From contig JBEWZL010000145.1 in NCBI GenBank assembly GCA_045837725.1, positions 372,001 to 436,000 on the forward strand: a stretch of 64,000 bases of DNA, written 5' to 3'. The notes beneath the pieces are model-generated. The model had not been told where the DNA came from and made no database searches. It saw only the letters and a program-made list of their open reading frames with translations. A program made the translations under genes and the position numbers. The stretch is from Vermamoeba vermiformis. Taxonomy: Eukaryota. Shown here piece by piece: positions 1-13,149 of this stretch (positions are counted from its first letter, which is position 1; every line of letters begins with the position of its first letter).

Positions 1-161
1 CGTCGAAGTAAATAAAATGATTGCGTTTTGGCCGTCTACCTAACGGTTACTTTTCTTAATTTTTAAACGTACGCGAGTTGTATAAAGTAGCACAAAGGCT
101 ACTATCATTATATTTATATCAACTGCACCTATTATAATCAAATTATGACGTATATATTGTT

Positions 162-3009
162 ATGAGCTCAACTAGGTATGTCACAAAGCGAATAGAACAT
201 CTGCAATAATTAATCCGTTGGGTTAATTTATTGGCCCGCTAGATAGATAAAATAAGCATAAAATATTAATATATTATTTTATTCATTATTTTATATGCCA
301 TTTGATCGTGTCGCAAATTTACCGCGAAGATTGCGGAGGGCTCGAATCCCCGTTTTTTTCTATCAACGTAAATCATCCGCGAATAACGATCATCTATATG
401 CATATATAAATATGTTGCAGAAAATAATAGTAATGATAAATAATCAAGCCGTAGCGATTAACTTTTCCTTGATCGCCTTTTCGGCTTCGATAATATGACC
501 CCTAAAATTCATTGGCTTATTTAACGATTATTTCCATATAATTTTGATTATAAATTTCATATTGATAATCATTTTTATTCTTGTAGTCCAATAGAAACCA
601 TCGAAGTCGACGTATTAATTATTGGCGGCGGGATCCAAGGCCTGCTAGCCCTATATGAGCTTCAAGCCCAAATGCCGCATCTCAATGTTATATTAGTAAC
701 CGAAGGAGAGCTCGGATCTGGTCAGACATTAAGCGGACAAGGTTATTTGCATAGTGGTTATTCTTATGCCGCCCACGAACCTGTTGTCAGCAGTATTAAA
801 AAATCATGCTCATATTGGATCAAATTAATGAAGGTAAGGCACTATCATTGGCTTAGTTATCGTAGGGCTGCCCTTTACAATTATTGAATTATTTTTATCG
901 ATTTATTTTATGCTTTTATTTAATAATTATCGTTTATTGGTAGATAAATTGGCAAATATCTATTTAACTAAAATTATACGAAATTATTGCGAGCAGATTG
1001 AACGATAATTAATTTTTATTGCTGGATCTGCCCATGTTTGGCCTAACGAATCTTCATAGGATAATGGAATTGATTACAATAACGGCCACAAATATTTTGC
1101 TGGTCCCAAGCCCTTTGTGGAGAGCTTAAGAGGATTTTGGAAGAAATCAGAGTTGCCTTATCAAGTGCTGCACAAAAAGACGTCATTACCTGGTGCCTTC
1201 AAAGACGGAAAATTATTCACAACAACAACCTCCGTGGTTAAAATCAACGACTTTTCGTTCAATATTGAAAAGCTGATACGAACACTAGCCCAGTCACTCA
1301 TACATCTGATGCTCAAAGGCACCGTTCAGTCGATTTTGCTCAACGACGATGGCTCGCGTGTAGATTCAGCGCGCGTGACACTGCCGAGCGGTGACAACAT
1401 TATAATCAAGACGAGATACATTGTGGCTGCTGCAGGACTCGGCACAAGAGCGCTGTTGGAATCAATCAAATCTGACAGTCAAGCGCAGTACTTTGCCAGC
1501 GAAGCAGCCAAGTTGCAAAATTACTGGGCCAATCACGTGATTTGCGTGCGAGGCAGGTCGGAGATCATTCCGGTGTGTTCAGGCATTTTTCAAGCGTTCG
1601 GACTGAGTATTTACGGTCACGAGCTGAACACGGAGGAGACACCGCTAGCATTCCCGAACATCTCAGACACAATCCTGACGCCGCCCCCGAGCAGTCCAGC
1701 AGTGCCAATCTACGAAGAGAGCGGCAGTGAATCAGAATCAAATCACTCAGAGGACCAACCACCGATGCCTCCGACACCGCCACCTGAAGCACGACCCAAG
1801 TACTCAATGTGGTATATTTATCCCGCGACATTAAAGGCGATGCAGTACGGTGCTGGCTCCAACCCGATTTTGTGGAACTCACCCGCCACAATCAGCAAAG
1901 ATATTGTCGGCGAAGCTACTAGGTACGTCGTACCCAACCATAAGTTATTGCGTGCTAACGGCATTCATTCCAGGAATTTATTTGAACTGTGCCCGAGGAT
2001 CAAGGACATGGCACACCAATTGGAATGGTCTGTCTATTGTTCATATCGACAAGAATATCCTGAAAGGTACGACCAAACTTTTTTAAATGCGGTACACATA
2101 GGCTAATTCACTGTGCCATTTTAGTAAGGGACAGTTTGGTCTGGAGATCGTTGAAGAATTTGGCGCGATTTCAAACCTGTGCGTGTGCATGCCGTCATTA
2201 TTTGCGACATCACACGTCGTCGTAGAACGATTACTAGAGAAGATTAAATATCAACTCGAAGGTCACTCAATACCAACACAATCACCGCCATTGTCAGACG
2301 ACCACATTTATTCTAAGAGTCCACGAAGTTCAGAGTTGAGTCGGTCAATGGCACTGTTGAGCGGCATTGAGATTAACGTCAAAAAAATCGAGAAAAAAAT
2401 CAGCGAAGGAACGTTGAAACCAACGCCACGAGAAGACACAAACAATAACACTAATATTAATAACACCGATCTCAGTTCATCACCGATATCGATCAATAAT
2501 AATGTGAATAGTAATAATGGTGCAGAAGACCGAGGAATGTTGAGTTCAGTGAACAGCGATTCAGATCTGATCATTTTAGAGGAAGAAATTACGTTATTAA
2601 TGCTCAAAGACAAAATGGATGAAATGCGAAAACAAAATGCGATGAATAATAGTGACTCGTCGAATATTAGCAACAATAATAATACGAATCATGATAATAA
2701 TAGTTCATCGCTGCGGTCGTTAAATGTGAATAGTGTTAACCGAAGAAATGAAGAAAGTTTAAGTCCGAAGCCTTGGGACAGAAAATACCATCCAAATGAA
2801 ACCGTAAGTAGCATATTTAACGATCTTAAGGCCATTTCTAACGATTGGAACAGATTGCCAAGTTACAAAAGAAATTTGGCGCCAAAGCGAGTTACGGTCA
2901 AGCCGAATCTAAAAAAGCGACGTTACCTTGGATGACTTGGTCCCAATTCTCAACAACATACCCCATGCCTACTCGAGGACATACAAGGTCTCATTCTAAC
3001 AACGTATAA
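162..3009 (+). CDS. FAD-dependent oxidoreductase (DAO-like superfamily) with acidic/Pro- and Asn-rich insertions; multi-exon
   Basis: Exon 587-833 gives VDVLIIGGGIQGLLALYEL (Rossmann GxGxxG) and GSGQTLSGQGYLHSG. Later exons give IVAAAGLG. A short first exon at 162-175 splices in frame (MSSTSPIETIEV). Last intron about 2804-2853, stop TAA 3007-3009. Confidence 0.7.
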
Positions 3010-3114
3010 TTGTGTTATAATAAGAATTGTTGGATTCGATCCGTTTTTGGATCTCGATCGGCATGTAATTCAAAAACATTTTGTGAAATAGTTTAACAAT
3101 AAAATATTGTACAA

Positions 3115-3520
3115 TTATTCTCGATTTCAGTTATAGGGCTCAACCCAAATTATTTTTATTAATTTTTACTAACTTAGCATTACGCATTGTAATGTTAGGA
3201 CAGTTAAATTAGCAAAAATTAGCTAATTTAACTAATTTTTGCTAATTTACTAAAAATTTCTAATTTGCCTGCCCCGTACTTGACCCCGTGTACTTCGAGC
3301 AACGCTGCCTGTCAAATGGCTTGTGGTTCGAATGTACTAAAGGGGTCTAGCAATGTGTCTATCTTGTCATTAGCAAGCGCACGCTGCAAGCGGCGTATCG
3401 CATGAAATCAGAGTTATTATGCGAATAGTTAATAAGAGTTAATTTAACAAAAATTAGTAAAATTAACAAACTTTAGTAAAATAAATTTAGGCTGTGCGCT
3501 ATAACTGAAATCGAGAATAA
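3115..3520. mobile_element. MITE / non-autonomous DNA transposon, about 400 bp
   Basis: Perfect 22-bp inverted repeats TTATTCTCGATTTCAGTTATAG (3115-3136) and CTATAACTGAAATCGAGAATAA (3499-3520), extending imperfectly inward to about 50 bp. TA at 3116-3117 and 3518-3519 is compatible with a TA target-site duplication. No coding capacity. Confidence 0.75.
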
Positions 3521-3661
3521 CATACCTTTTTATTAACTTTATTTCTGGAATTCTAGTTTTCTTAGCGTCAACTTCGTACCAGCCGGAATTTTTTGCCAGC
3601 CTAAATTTGCGAATAGATTCTGCATTGATTATTGCAAGATTACGATTTATATATAGCACAT

Positions 3662-6074
3662 ATGTTGAGCTATCGCTTATTCACTAAGGGATTGGCTCGC
3701 TCTTGTGCGAAAAATGTCAAGTTCCAATCTGATCGATTGACTGGTCTCAATTGCTTTGCATCACGGAAAATATTCTCAAAGTATGCATATTTAGAATTAT
3801 AGTATTTAAAATGATTCAAGATCACATTATTTGATTTATCAAATTCGATCAGCAAATAATGAGCTCATCCAAAAAATAAATGCAAAAAAAATTGTATTTA
3901 ATTATACAATATCGCTACACCACTATAAATATTAATTACTATCGTATTAATGGTAATTAAATTTGTTTTTAGGCAGACAACGTTTAGGATCGCAAAATCA
4001 ATAGCACCAGTAGCACTACAAAGCAGCTCATATTGTACAAATGCAAATAATCAAATCAAACACGAAAATTTATCCAACAAATTCAATATAAAACTGAAAT
4101 TGGCCGTTATGCCGAATGAGGATCCCACCGTTACCAGATCCACCCCACCAAACACAAATCAAACCATATTTACCAACCATATAGATAATACATCACATAT
4201 TACTTCATCGAAGCTTAAAACAATACCACTAGCTTCATTTGAGATGTTTTCAAAGAAGCATCGACCGTTACACTCATTAACTGGACAAGGTACGATTAAA
4301 TCAAATACGTACTATTGATTAATAGCATCGATATACCATATATCCGATATACCTATTAATCTTGCTATTTTTAGTATTAAATTTCAGCACTTCAACAAAA
4401 TCAGCAGATCCAAACGAAGGTAACGTCTCAAACAAACAATGAATCGTTATTAATATCACACCCTATATTAATATTATACTACAGAATCAAAGCATAAGAA
4501 AGGCAATGTCAATATTACTTTGCCGGCACCACCAAGCAAGACAACAGAAGCACTCGACGCCAGTACCGCAGCAGTCAATTGGGCGATTGGATGTAATATT
4601 ATTGCCATGTTGATTAAGTTTGGTGCCTTTTCTGTTACTGGTAAGTGATCTTAAGATCCCATCCGATCGGATCCGATCCGATCCGATCCACAACGTAATC
4701 CATGGCAGTATTTCACTCGCAAATATGTACCAAATCATATTTGTATTATTTATTTATTTATTTATTACATAGGCTCTGGTTCAATGCTGTCAGAAGGAAT
4801 TCACTCTTTGGCTGACATCGCCAATCAAACCTTGCTCGCTATTGGCATCAAGGTACCTCTATAATATATCTCTCGAATCACATACCGTATTAAATAATAT
4901 ACTCTGTAGCGATCACAAAGAGGACCAACAAAAGAATACCCGTACGGTTATGCAAGTGAACGATTTATTTGGGCTTTGATTAGGTAACGACACTGAACCT
5001 TCCAAATAAGGAAATATTCTAACGAGGTACTATCTTACATAGTGCCGTCGGTATATTTTTCCTCGGTTGCGGTGCTAGTTTGTACCACGGAATTTCAACG
5101 TTGTTGGATCCGCACCCACTCGAGTCACTACCATTGGCCTTCAGTGTATTAGGTATGGCTCATAATGAATATCATATCTTAAATGCGGTTACTAAGACAT
5201 CTTGAATAGGTATCTCTGCTATCCTCGAAAGTATCAGTTTGGTGGCAGCTGTGAAAGCGATCTACGCGTCAGCTAGAGCAACGAATATGACATTCTGGGG
5301 ATACGTCAAGAATGGTCCCGATCCTATGGGTACGATAAATATATCACTTCTAAGGAATGTATATTAATTTGGCTCTCTTCAAGGTGTCGCTGTGTTATTA
5401 GAAGACAGTGCGGCCGTGTTTGGTCTGTTCATTGCGGCTTCGTGCTTAGGCTTGTCGTTTATCCTCGAGAATCCTATCTTTGATGCAGTTGGATCAATTT
5501 TGATCGGTGTTCTGCTCGGTAAGTCAATTCTGATCTGCGTCCTAGAATGACTTTAGCTGACTCTTGCTGCAGGTGGTGTCGCCGTATTCTTGATCAGAAA
5601 GAACACTAAGTCACTACTTGGACGTACTATCCCTTCTGATAAACACACGCTCTTTATGAGCATTTTGGAAAAAGATCCAGTCGTGCGTGCAGTCATCGAC
5701 GCCAAGGCCGTAAGTCTCACTCTGGGCTTCTGTTTGCATTATCTTACCGCCTATAAAGATCACCATGGGTGCCGACACGATGAGATTTGTTGCTGACATT
5801 GAATGGAATGGTCGTGAAGTTGGTCGTAAGTATTTGCAAAACGTAGATCTGAAGCAAGTGCTGCCGACCATCAAGGACGAGAAGGAGCTTGAAGAGTTCT
5901 TGTTGCAATACTCAGAGTCGGTGGTAGCCCAAATAGGTAAGAACAATCGCTTTTAAATGCTTTGTTACCGCGTACTGACGGGCATCTGGATTAGGTGACG
6001 AAGTGGATCGTCTAGAACTTACCATCCAAAACGAAATACCTGAAGCACGTTACGTAGATATTGAAACTTCGTAA
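3662..6074 (+). CDS. Cation diffusion facilitator, SLC30A9/ZnT9-like, probably mitochondrial; multi-exon
   Basis: Spliced motifs TGSGSMLSEGIHSLADIANQ, YPYGYASERFIWALISAVGIFFLGCG and LLEDSAAVFGL. First exon 3662-3780 (MLSYRLFTKGLARSCAK) looks like a presequence and splices in frame to 3973. Confidence 0.85.
4655..4689. repeat. (GATCC)n microsatellite inside an intron
   Basis: gatcccatccgatcggatccgatccgatccgatcc. Confidence 0.85.
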
Positions 6075-6219
6075 GAGGCTTTTAATTGGTAATAAACTTG
6101 TATTATTTCGACTTCGGGTAGTGCGTGTACAAATCTAGATGTGCCAAAATGTCCAAACAATTCTGTTCAATAGCAGAACCGCATATTGTTAGAAAAGAAG
6201 GTTTTTTATTATATTATAT

Positions 6220-6908
6220 TTAATCATCGAAGAGGCCGAAAGCACCAATAGCTTCATCTTCAGACTTAGGCTTCTCCTCTTTCTTCTCCTTCTTTTCTTC
6301 CTTGGGGGCTTCTTGGCTAGGAGCAGCAGCGGCGGGAGCTAAAGAGATATAGCATTAATAACATGATAACCATTGAATGTTGGCAGAGAAATAATATCGA
6401 ATCCAAAAAATCAAATTATTACAATAATAATATCTTCGCTGATTATCTCCTGCGTAAATGAATAATCAATTAATGCCTGACACTTACCAGCAGCAGGGGC
6501 ACCACCACCGTTCAAGATGAGGTCGTCCAAGTTGCGTTCCTTCAAAACACGCTCGAAGAGCATACCCCAGTAGGGAGCAACTTCAACGCCGGCAGCCTTG
6601 ACGAGCTTGTCCAATTTGTCAGCAGTAACGGCGTGACCGTCGTCGTGGAGGATCAAGGCGGCGTAAGTAACAGCGAGTTCGTCTAATAAAATAATTATTA
6701 TTTAAAATTATTTTTCAAACGCTTTGTAAGGCTGTTATCTATTTTATCAACACATTGAGCATTCGCATCACCAATTTAAATATTATTAATGTTTACAATC
6801 GTTATTAAATTCGATTACAATAATTTTCTCAAATCTATCATTCCTCGATCCCTTATCAACATGTAAACGATTGAATAGTGCTCAATACATACCCTTTCCG
6901 GAGGCCAT
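6220..6908 (-). CDS. RPLP1: 60S acidic ribosomal protein P1
   Basis: Three exons: MASGK / DELAVTYAALILHDDG...VAPYWGMLF / Ala-rich hinge, EEK-rich tail and C-terminal AFGLFDD. Confidence 0.92.
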
Positions 6909-7656
6909 TTGTGTATTTATAAAGATTATGCACAGAGGAGTGTTGGTGCTTGTCGTGGGACTGAAAAAAAGGAAGCGGCCTGAAGACGATTCAAAAGGCG
7001 GCGGTCAAAAATTTGGGCCAAAATATTTTGGGCGAAAATCCTTCGGAATATGATTATTGTGTGTTTTCGTTTCGAGTAGCTTGCCAGAACGCAATAACCT
7101 ACCAAAGTGTGAGACGTAGGCAAGAATACCTATAATTCAAATCTTGGTTTTTTTTGGTGCAAGTTGACTCGAGTAAAATCCAAGATTCTAGTTTGAGATG
7201 TGTGCACGCGGAATCATGTACACTGCACTACGAATAGTTCTACCATGGTGCGCCTATCCTGTTTACATCCGTTCAGACAATTGTTACCTTGGCCGCGTAA
7301 AGCTTTTCATTGTCTAAGAACTCAGCCTGGTAATAACTTACTTATTTAACAACAAATTAGGTAGCTAATATTTATTGGTCTACCAATTAATTCTGTATTT
7401 TAAAACCCAAGTTTATTCTAATCTCGAAACCTCGGATGAGTTTGGTTGGATTGGCCGTATGTATTACGGAGGTTCGGGAGTAGGTTTGCCGGGATTCTCG
7501 GCATGCTGCCCATCGTACTACGGCCAGATACGCGCGTGCTCATCACGAGCACGTGCTCGTTCGTGTTGGCTTCTCCGAATTGCATTCCCGCGAATATTAT
7601 TATTTTTTTTTCAACGACAGAAGAAGCACAACAACGCGCTAAGAAGAAAAGCTTCA

Positions 7657-9271
7657 ATGCCTTATTTAGTTTCAGATCAAGGCAAAGTCATTCGTTTGGA
7701 ATGCGACACATCGATGACACTCGGCAGATCTGCTGCTTTGGTATGTAAAATATTTAGAAAAAAACGAAACAATTTTTATAATAATATATTATATTAGTGC
7801 GTACCAAGTAGCACTTTGAAATAATATTATAGTGATAAATACTAAAGTTTCGATAATTTTAATTCGAAGAATTTTTCTAAGTAATTAATTCCATTTCGCT
7901 TCGTAGGGCGTCGATGATGTCAAATGCAGCAGAAATCAAGCTCAGCTAATTATTCAACCGAATGGGACTTGCCAACTCCTCTTTACCGGAAAAAATCCGA
8001 TGTCGCTGATGCAGCCGATCGGCAACCAAGTTCGCGTCACTTACCTAAAGAAAGGCTCCGTATACACACTAAATCACGGTGATAAGTTTTCTATGATCAG
8101 TGACCGCTTCTGGTTCACTTATAAGACCGAACTGGAAGAAAGCCCATCGCAAGACTCGATCGAGCCAACGCAGATCATCCGCAACGACTCTGGCTTAAAG
8201 AACAACACAAATAATAACAGCATAGCACCTGTTCAGAACAGCCACCCGAGTATTATTCCAGAAAAGGTCCAAGCCCAGCAACAAGTTCTTGATAAGACCA
8301 ATGTTGCCCCTGCAGTACCGTCATACAACAATAGAGTTAGCAGCCTCGAGTACGAACCAATTGAACTGAATGACGACGTCTTGATGAAAATCGACCAACA
8401 AGCTGACGACGCTCTCGTGCATAATAATAACAACGTTGCACATGACGTTCCTAGCGATAACTTTAACAACGAGAATGTAAACAATGAAGTCATCGACAGA
8501 CCAATTGAAGAGCAACAACGAAACACCTTGTGTACTGCTAGCGACTCTCTTATTCGCCCAGTCGATGAACATGGTAGCAATGTCCGTGGTGAGGATGATG
8601 TGCACTACCAAGACTTGGACGCGCTGAAGAAGAACGTGCACTTTGAAATTCAACCAATGGTCGAAGAGAACTATACAGACACTCACGAGCCACACAACAA
8701 TAACAATGCCAATGCCCATGCTCGCTCGCACCCAGTCAACAATCAAATGTTGATCACGTCCTTCATGAAGGAAAAGAAGAATAACGACTTTAAGGCACGT
8801 GTCTCACCGACCAAGAAAAAGACAGACAAGCGACCAGTGCCTGGCTCTATGGCTTCAATCATCGAGTCCTCGAAGAACGAGGCGATGGAACAAATTGACG
8901 AGTCTGAGAACAACGACTTTGAACAGAAGATCCGCGAACGAAAGAGAAAGCGTGAAGAAGAGCAACAGTCACCAAACAAGATCCAAAAGATCGACCCCGA
9001 AGTCATTCCTAACTGCCAACACGGTGTTCCAGCCTTTGTGCGCACCGTGCTCAAAGAAGGACCCACAAAAGGCAAGCAGTACTACGGATGTGGCTTGGGC
9101 AGCGAGAAGTGCAGTTTCTTCCAGTGGGTCGGAGCTCCTAACTGCGAGCACGAGTTGCCATGCACGCGACAAGTGGTCAAAAAAGAATGCAAGAATCAGG
9201 GTCGTAACTTCTGGTGCTGCAATCAGATCGACAAGTGCAAAACATTCCGCTGGATCAAGGACGGCGAGTGA
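7657..9271 (+). CDS. FHA-domain protein with PIP-box-like motif and two C-terminal GRF-type zinc fingers
   Basis: TLGRSAAL/GVDDVKCSRNQ...GKNP (FHA GR, SR and N motifs; intron 7741-7906). CQHG...GKQYYGC...CSFFQW and CEHE...NQGRNFWCC...CKTFRW match zf-GRF. Confidence 0.8.
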
Positions 9272-9581
9272 GCAATATCTTTTATGTATATACAATTATT
9301 TAAATTATAGATGTAACGATTATGTAAATAAAGCGAATGTAAATACAATAAGCCTCGTACATCTTCCTTACCACGAAGCGCATTACACAAGAACGTTTTG
9401 CGAATATGCTGAGCCTAACAAACAATAGGGTTGCCTACGTCGATCATTAATTGTGCAACGAAAATTTTGAGAACCGCCAGTCCCGTGTTGTGCGACACAG
9501 CGCCAAAAATAAAAACGGATGGGCATTTTTTAACCGATCTAACAAACACAAGCCTGATTTTCAATAATTTAGCGTAAAGAA

Positions 9582-10290
9582 ATGGGATCTTTATGGAGCA
9601 AATCTCTGGAGTCAGATCCAGCTAGAATTCTGATTGTAAGTGCAAACACATAAACAAATTAAATAATTCTTATTAATTTATTACGTAGATTGGTTTAAGT
9701 GGTTCAGGCAAGACCACTCTTCTATATACTATGATGGGAGTGCCAATTGTAAATGTAATTCCCACTATTGGATTCAACGTGGAAACTTTCGCCCGCGATA
9801 ACGTTAAATTTACTGCTTGGGACGTTGGAGGTCGTGGAAAGGTAATTTTTAGTCGATTATATAATTATAAAATAGGCCAAATTAGCTAAATATCCAACAT
9901 CGCTATTTTTTCTGCGTGCTGACGTCGAAATTCAATTTTAAGGTCAAGACCATGTGGCGCTATTATAGTAGAACTACTGAAGGCGTATTATATTTGATTG
10001 ATGCCACGGATAGAAGCTCATTGGACGAAGCAGCCGGAGAATTTTTAAACCTCGTCAAATCCGACGAACTTGCGAACGTTCCATTCGTATTGCTCGCGAA
10101 CAAATATGATATGCCCGATGCAATACCTATTCGAGAGATCGCGGATAAGTTCGAAGTAGCTGAAGCCCCGGTGCCACTGACCATTCAAATGGCGAGTGTG
10201 AAGAACAAAGAGGGCATTGAACAGGCGTTTAAGTGGCTGGCAGAACAAGTGGCGAAGAGACGTGGAGCTGTTGTGTCGACTACTAATTGA
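9582..10290 (+). CDS. ARF/ARL-family small GTPase, divergent
   Basis: MG start, [31 protein letters not shown]; two introns. Confidence 0.9.
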
Positions 10291-10760
10291 GGCCTAGGCA
10301 CTGATTTGGTGCGGCATCAATCGCTGCAAGGTGCCTCGTCGGATCTGGGTCGTAAATAATGGCTGTTATTGTGCTTTAGTTCTCGAGTCGACTGCGGATC
10401 AGATCCAAAAAGACGAATGTTGACAATATGGAGAGGTTCTATTGGATGTCAATACAGAGCGATCTGAAGTCTACTGAATTACCTTACAACACAAACTGTG
10501 CAAGTTCAGGCATCGAATAAAGAGCATTACTATGTTAAATAGCTCGACCTTCATCGTGGCTGTTAATTTAGGAAGTGCTGTCGCAACGGAAAATCTGATC
10601 TGGTGACAGACACCAGGGTAATTTCTTTGAATTTAGCAAAGATCTTTGCGCCTCAACTATGCTAAAAGTGAACACATTAATCCTCCATAAGAAAAAACTA
10701 TCATTACTCGTCAGCAACATCATTAACGTCTAACTCGTTCTTGATCCAATCCGGAAACAA

Positions 10761-13086
10761 ATGGCATCAGCAACCTTATCTTTGGACACCCTTATTGATG
10801 ACATAATTTTGGTTATTATTGAGCAGCTGTTGGACGAAGAGAATCCAGCTTTGGTCTCCGTGTCAAACAAGCATCACCTCACAATGCAACAAATGTTTCC
10901 TAACCTCCGTAAGTCCGGCCATAATATAAAAATACCTTTCAAAATTAAATTTGCATTAATTTTTTAATTTAGGAAGCAATTTTTCTGGAACTGAGCTTCA
11001 TAACCCGCCAGACGATTTATTATTCAATGAGATCCCCGAAAATATGGATGACGAGCCGCAGAATATGATATGGAGCATTAATAGAGACGTCTTTGGCTAT
11101 CACAATCTCCTGAAGCTTCGCGCTGTATCTAAAAGTTTGAAACAACAGCTCGACAAACTTCCGCTCGTTTACATCCGCTCACAGCTTGACCAATTCTATC
11201 GGGAAAATATTCCGAAGAAAGAACGAGACGCGATTATGCTTGGAATCAGGTCCGAGATTCACATCGCAGAATTGCGACAAAAATGGCCTCGGATGCTGAA
11301 CGATTATCTCCGTCGCTCAACTTCAAACAACAAAGAAGCCACTGAAAAGGAGTTGTCAGCGCTGTACAAGAGGGCCAAGGTCATTTACAACGAGCGCTGT
11401 GAAGATCACAACGGCCAAGTTTACGGCAAAGCATCGCTGTTGGAGCTCGAGTTTATCGATGTCAACAACGAGCGTAAGTAATGTCTCGCCATTGGTTATC
11501 ATTGCGGTGCCAACGCCTACTGATGAAAGGCTAAAAGAGATGCAGCATTCGTCTTACTGATATGTTTTTACGCAGCTTTGAAGATTCAACTGAAGTTGGT
11601 GCATTGCTGGGACGTGAGAGAAGCTAATTGGTACACCCAAATCTTCATCTATGCACTGAACAGGAGTCGGCCAGTCGAGCTCAGACCTAAAAGATCCAAA
11701 GACCGAACCAATCAACCTCCAAAAAACTGCTTAATGCAATTATGGAAAGAGCGTGGCTGCTTGCGTTTGACGTACTTTAATGCAGAACTTACTAGGACGT
11801 AAGGTCATGTTGACACTTTGACACGTGAAAAATATCGTTGACACGTGTCATGCTAACCTTCGCTTTGTTTCCAGCGTCTGCCAAGAACTGTCCATCAACG
11901 AATCATTTTGGATTAGCGACCACACCTGTTTGTTGCTGGAGTTCTTGCTGCTCGTGGCTGGTACGTACCGCTCGAAGTTCATTATGCTGTTCGTCTTTAT
12001 TGACCGTGCATGTAGGTGAATCTAAGTTCACGCACTTCGTTCCTATTGCCATGAAAAGAATCGAGACTCAGGGCACTAAGCCTCAATCGTATGATTGGCT
12101 AATGTTCTACGAACGCAACAGAGAACCAGCGAGCAATGAGGTAGGTCCTCACGTTGTACGTAGTAGATCTTAAGCTTAATCTTTCGTTTGATCAGGAGTC
12201 GTACTTGACCACTGTCAACGAGTTCAAAAACAAGTTTTTGTTGAACAAAATTCCGCATGGCAAACTTGGACAACGATATTTATTGAATGCAAAAGTGCAA
12301 CTCGGTACGTATTGACAAAACGCCGAATAGTTTGGTGCCTTGTTAATCAGTCTGTATAGACGCTTCTCATGTCGAGCACTCGCTCAAAGCATCGAGTGAA
12401 CCCATTGCCAAGTGCATCGAATCGATCTCACACTGCTACGATGTCGAAGTGACACCGAACAAGTTAACACATCTAAACTCGTTCTTCATGAAAGCTATAA
12501 TGAAGACACGTGACGGTGGCTCATTTGTGCTATGGCTCGCGGAAAAGATGGGGACCGGTTATCACCCTCCTTGCGACTATGTCACACTTCGCGTAATGCC
12601 TCTGAATGTAATTAGTGCTGCGGCATTGGGCCTCGAGTTGTACGGCCAGGGCGTGGTGTATTATCACTTCTTCAACAAGAATGTCGTAGTGAACACAGAG
12701 TTCTGTCAAAGATTAATAGAGGTACTCATGAATCATTTGCCAACTTTCCTAATTTGGTAATTTAGCATTTAAGCGCTGTTTTTTACATCGACGAAGAGGA
12801 AGAAAATGAACCGAATGAACAACCGACTAACCCCAAAAAGCGTAAAGCTTCAGTTCCAATACCGAGACCATTCAAGAAGCGACGCACTGAAGACGGAGCT
12901 GTGGATTCTGAGCCCAGTCCCGTGACAATTCTGTCCCTTTTTGAAACGCTGATCAGAGTGCGAGTGTATGTCATGCGCAGACCGGGTGCCTGGACACACC
13001 TTGAGCCGTTCTGTGACTTCCTACAACACGATGCCATACTTACCTTCGCGCGCAATTGTATTTGCAAGGATTGGCACTTGGTTTAA
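10761..13086 (+). CDS. Hypothetical multi-exon protein with a possible degenerate N-terminal F-box
   Basis: Chain of ORFs separated by GT-AG introns. TLIDDIILVIIEQL and LLKLRAVSKSLK resemble a split F-box. Confidence 0.5.
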
Positions 13087-13149
13087 CAGAAACTGTTTTA
13101 TAAAGTTGTTTAAGCTTTATAATATTACTGTTGAATCATTTCACGGTTT

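Noticed and set aside
3325-3334. tRNA T-loop-like GGTTCGAATG
   Set aside because: No cloverleaf or A-box spacing; it lies inside the MITE hairpin.
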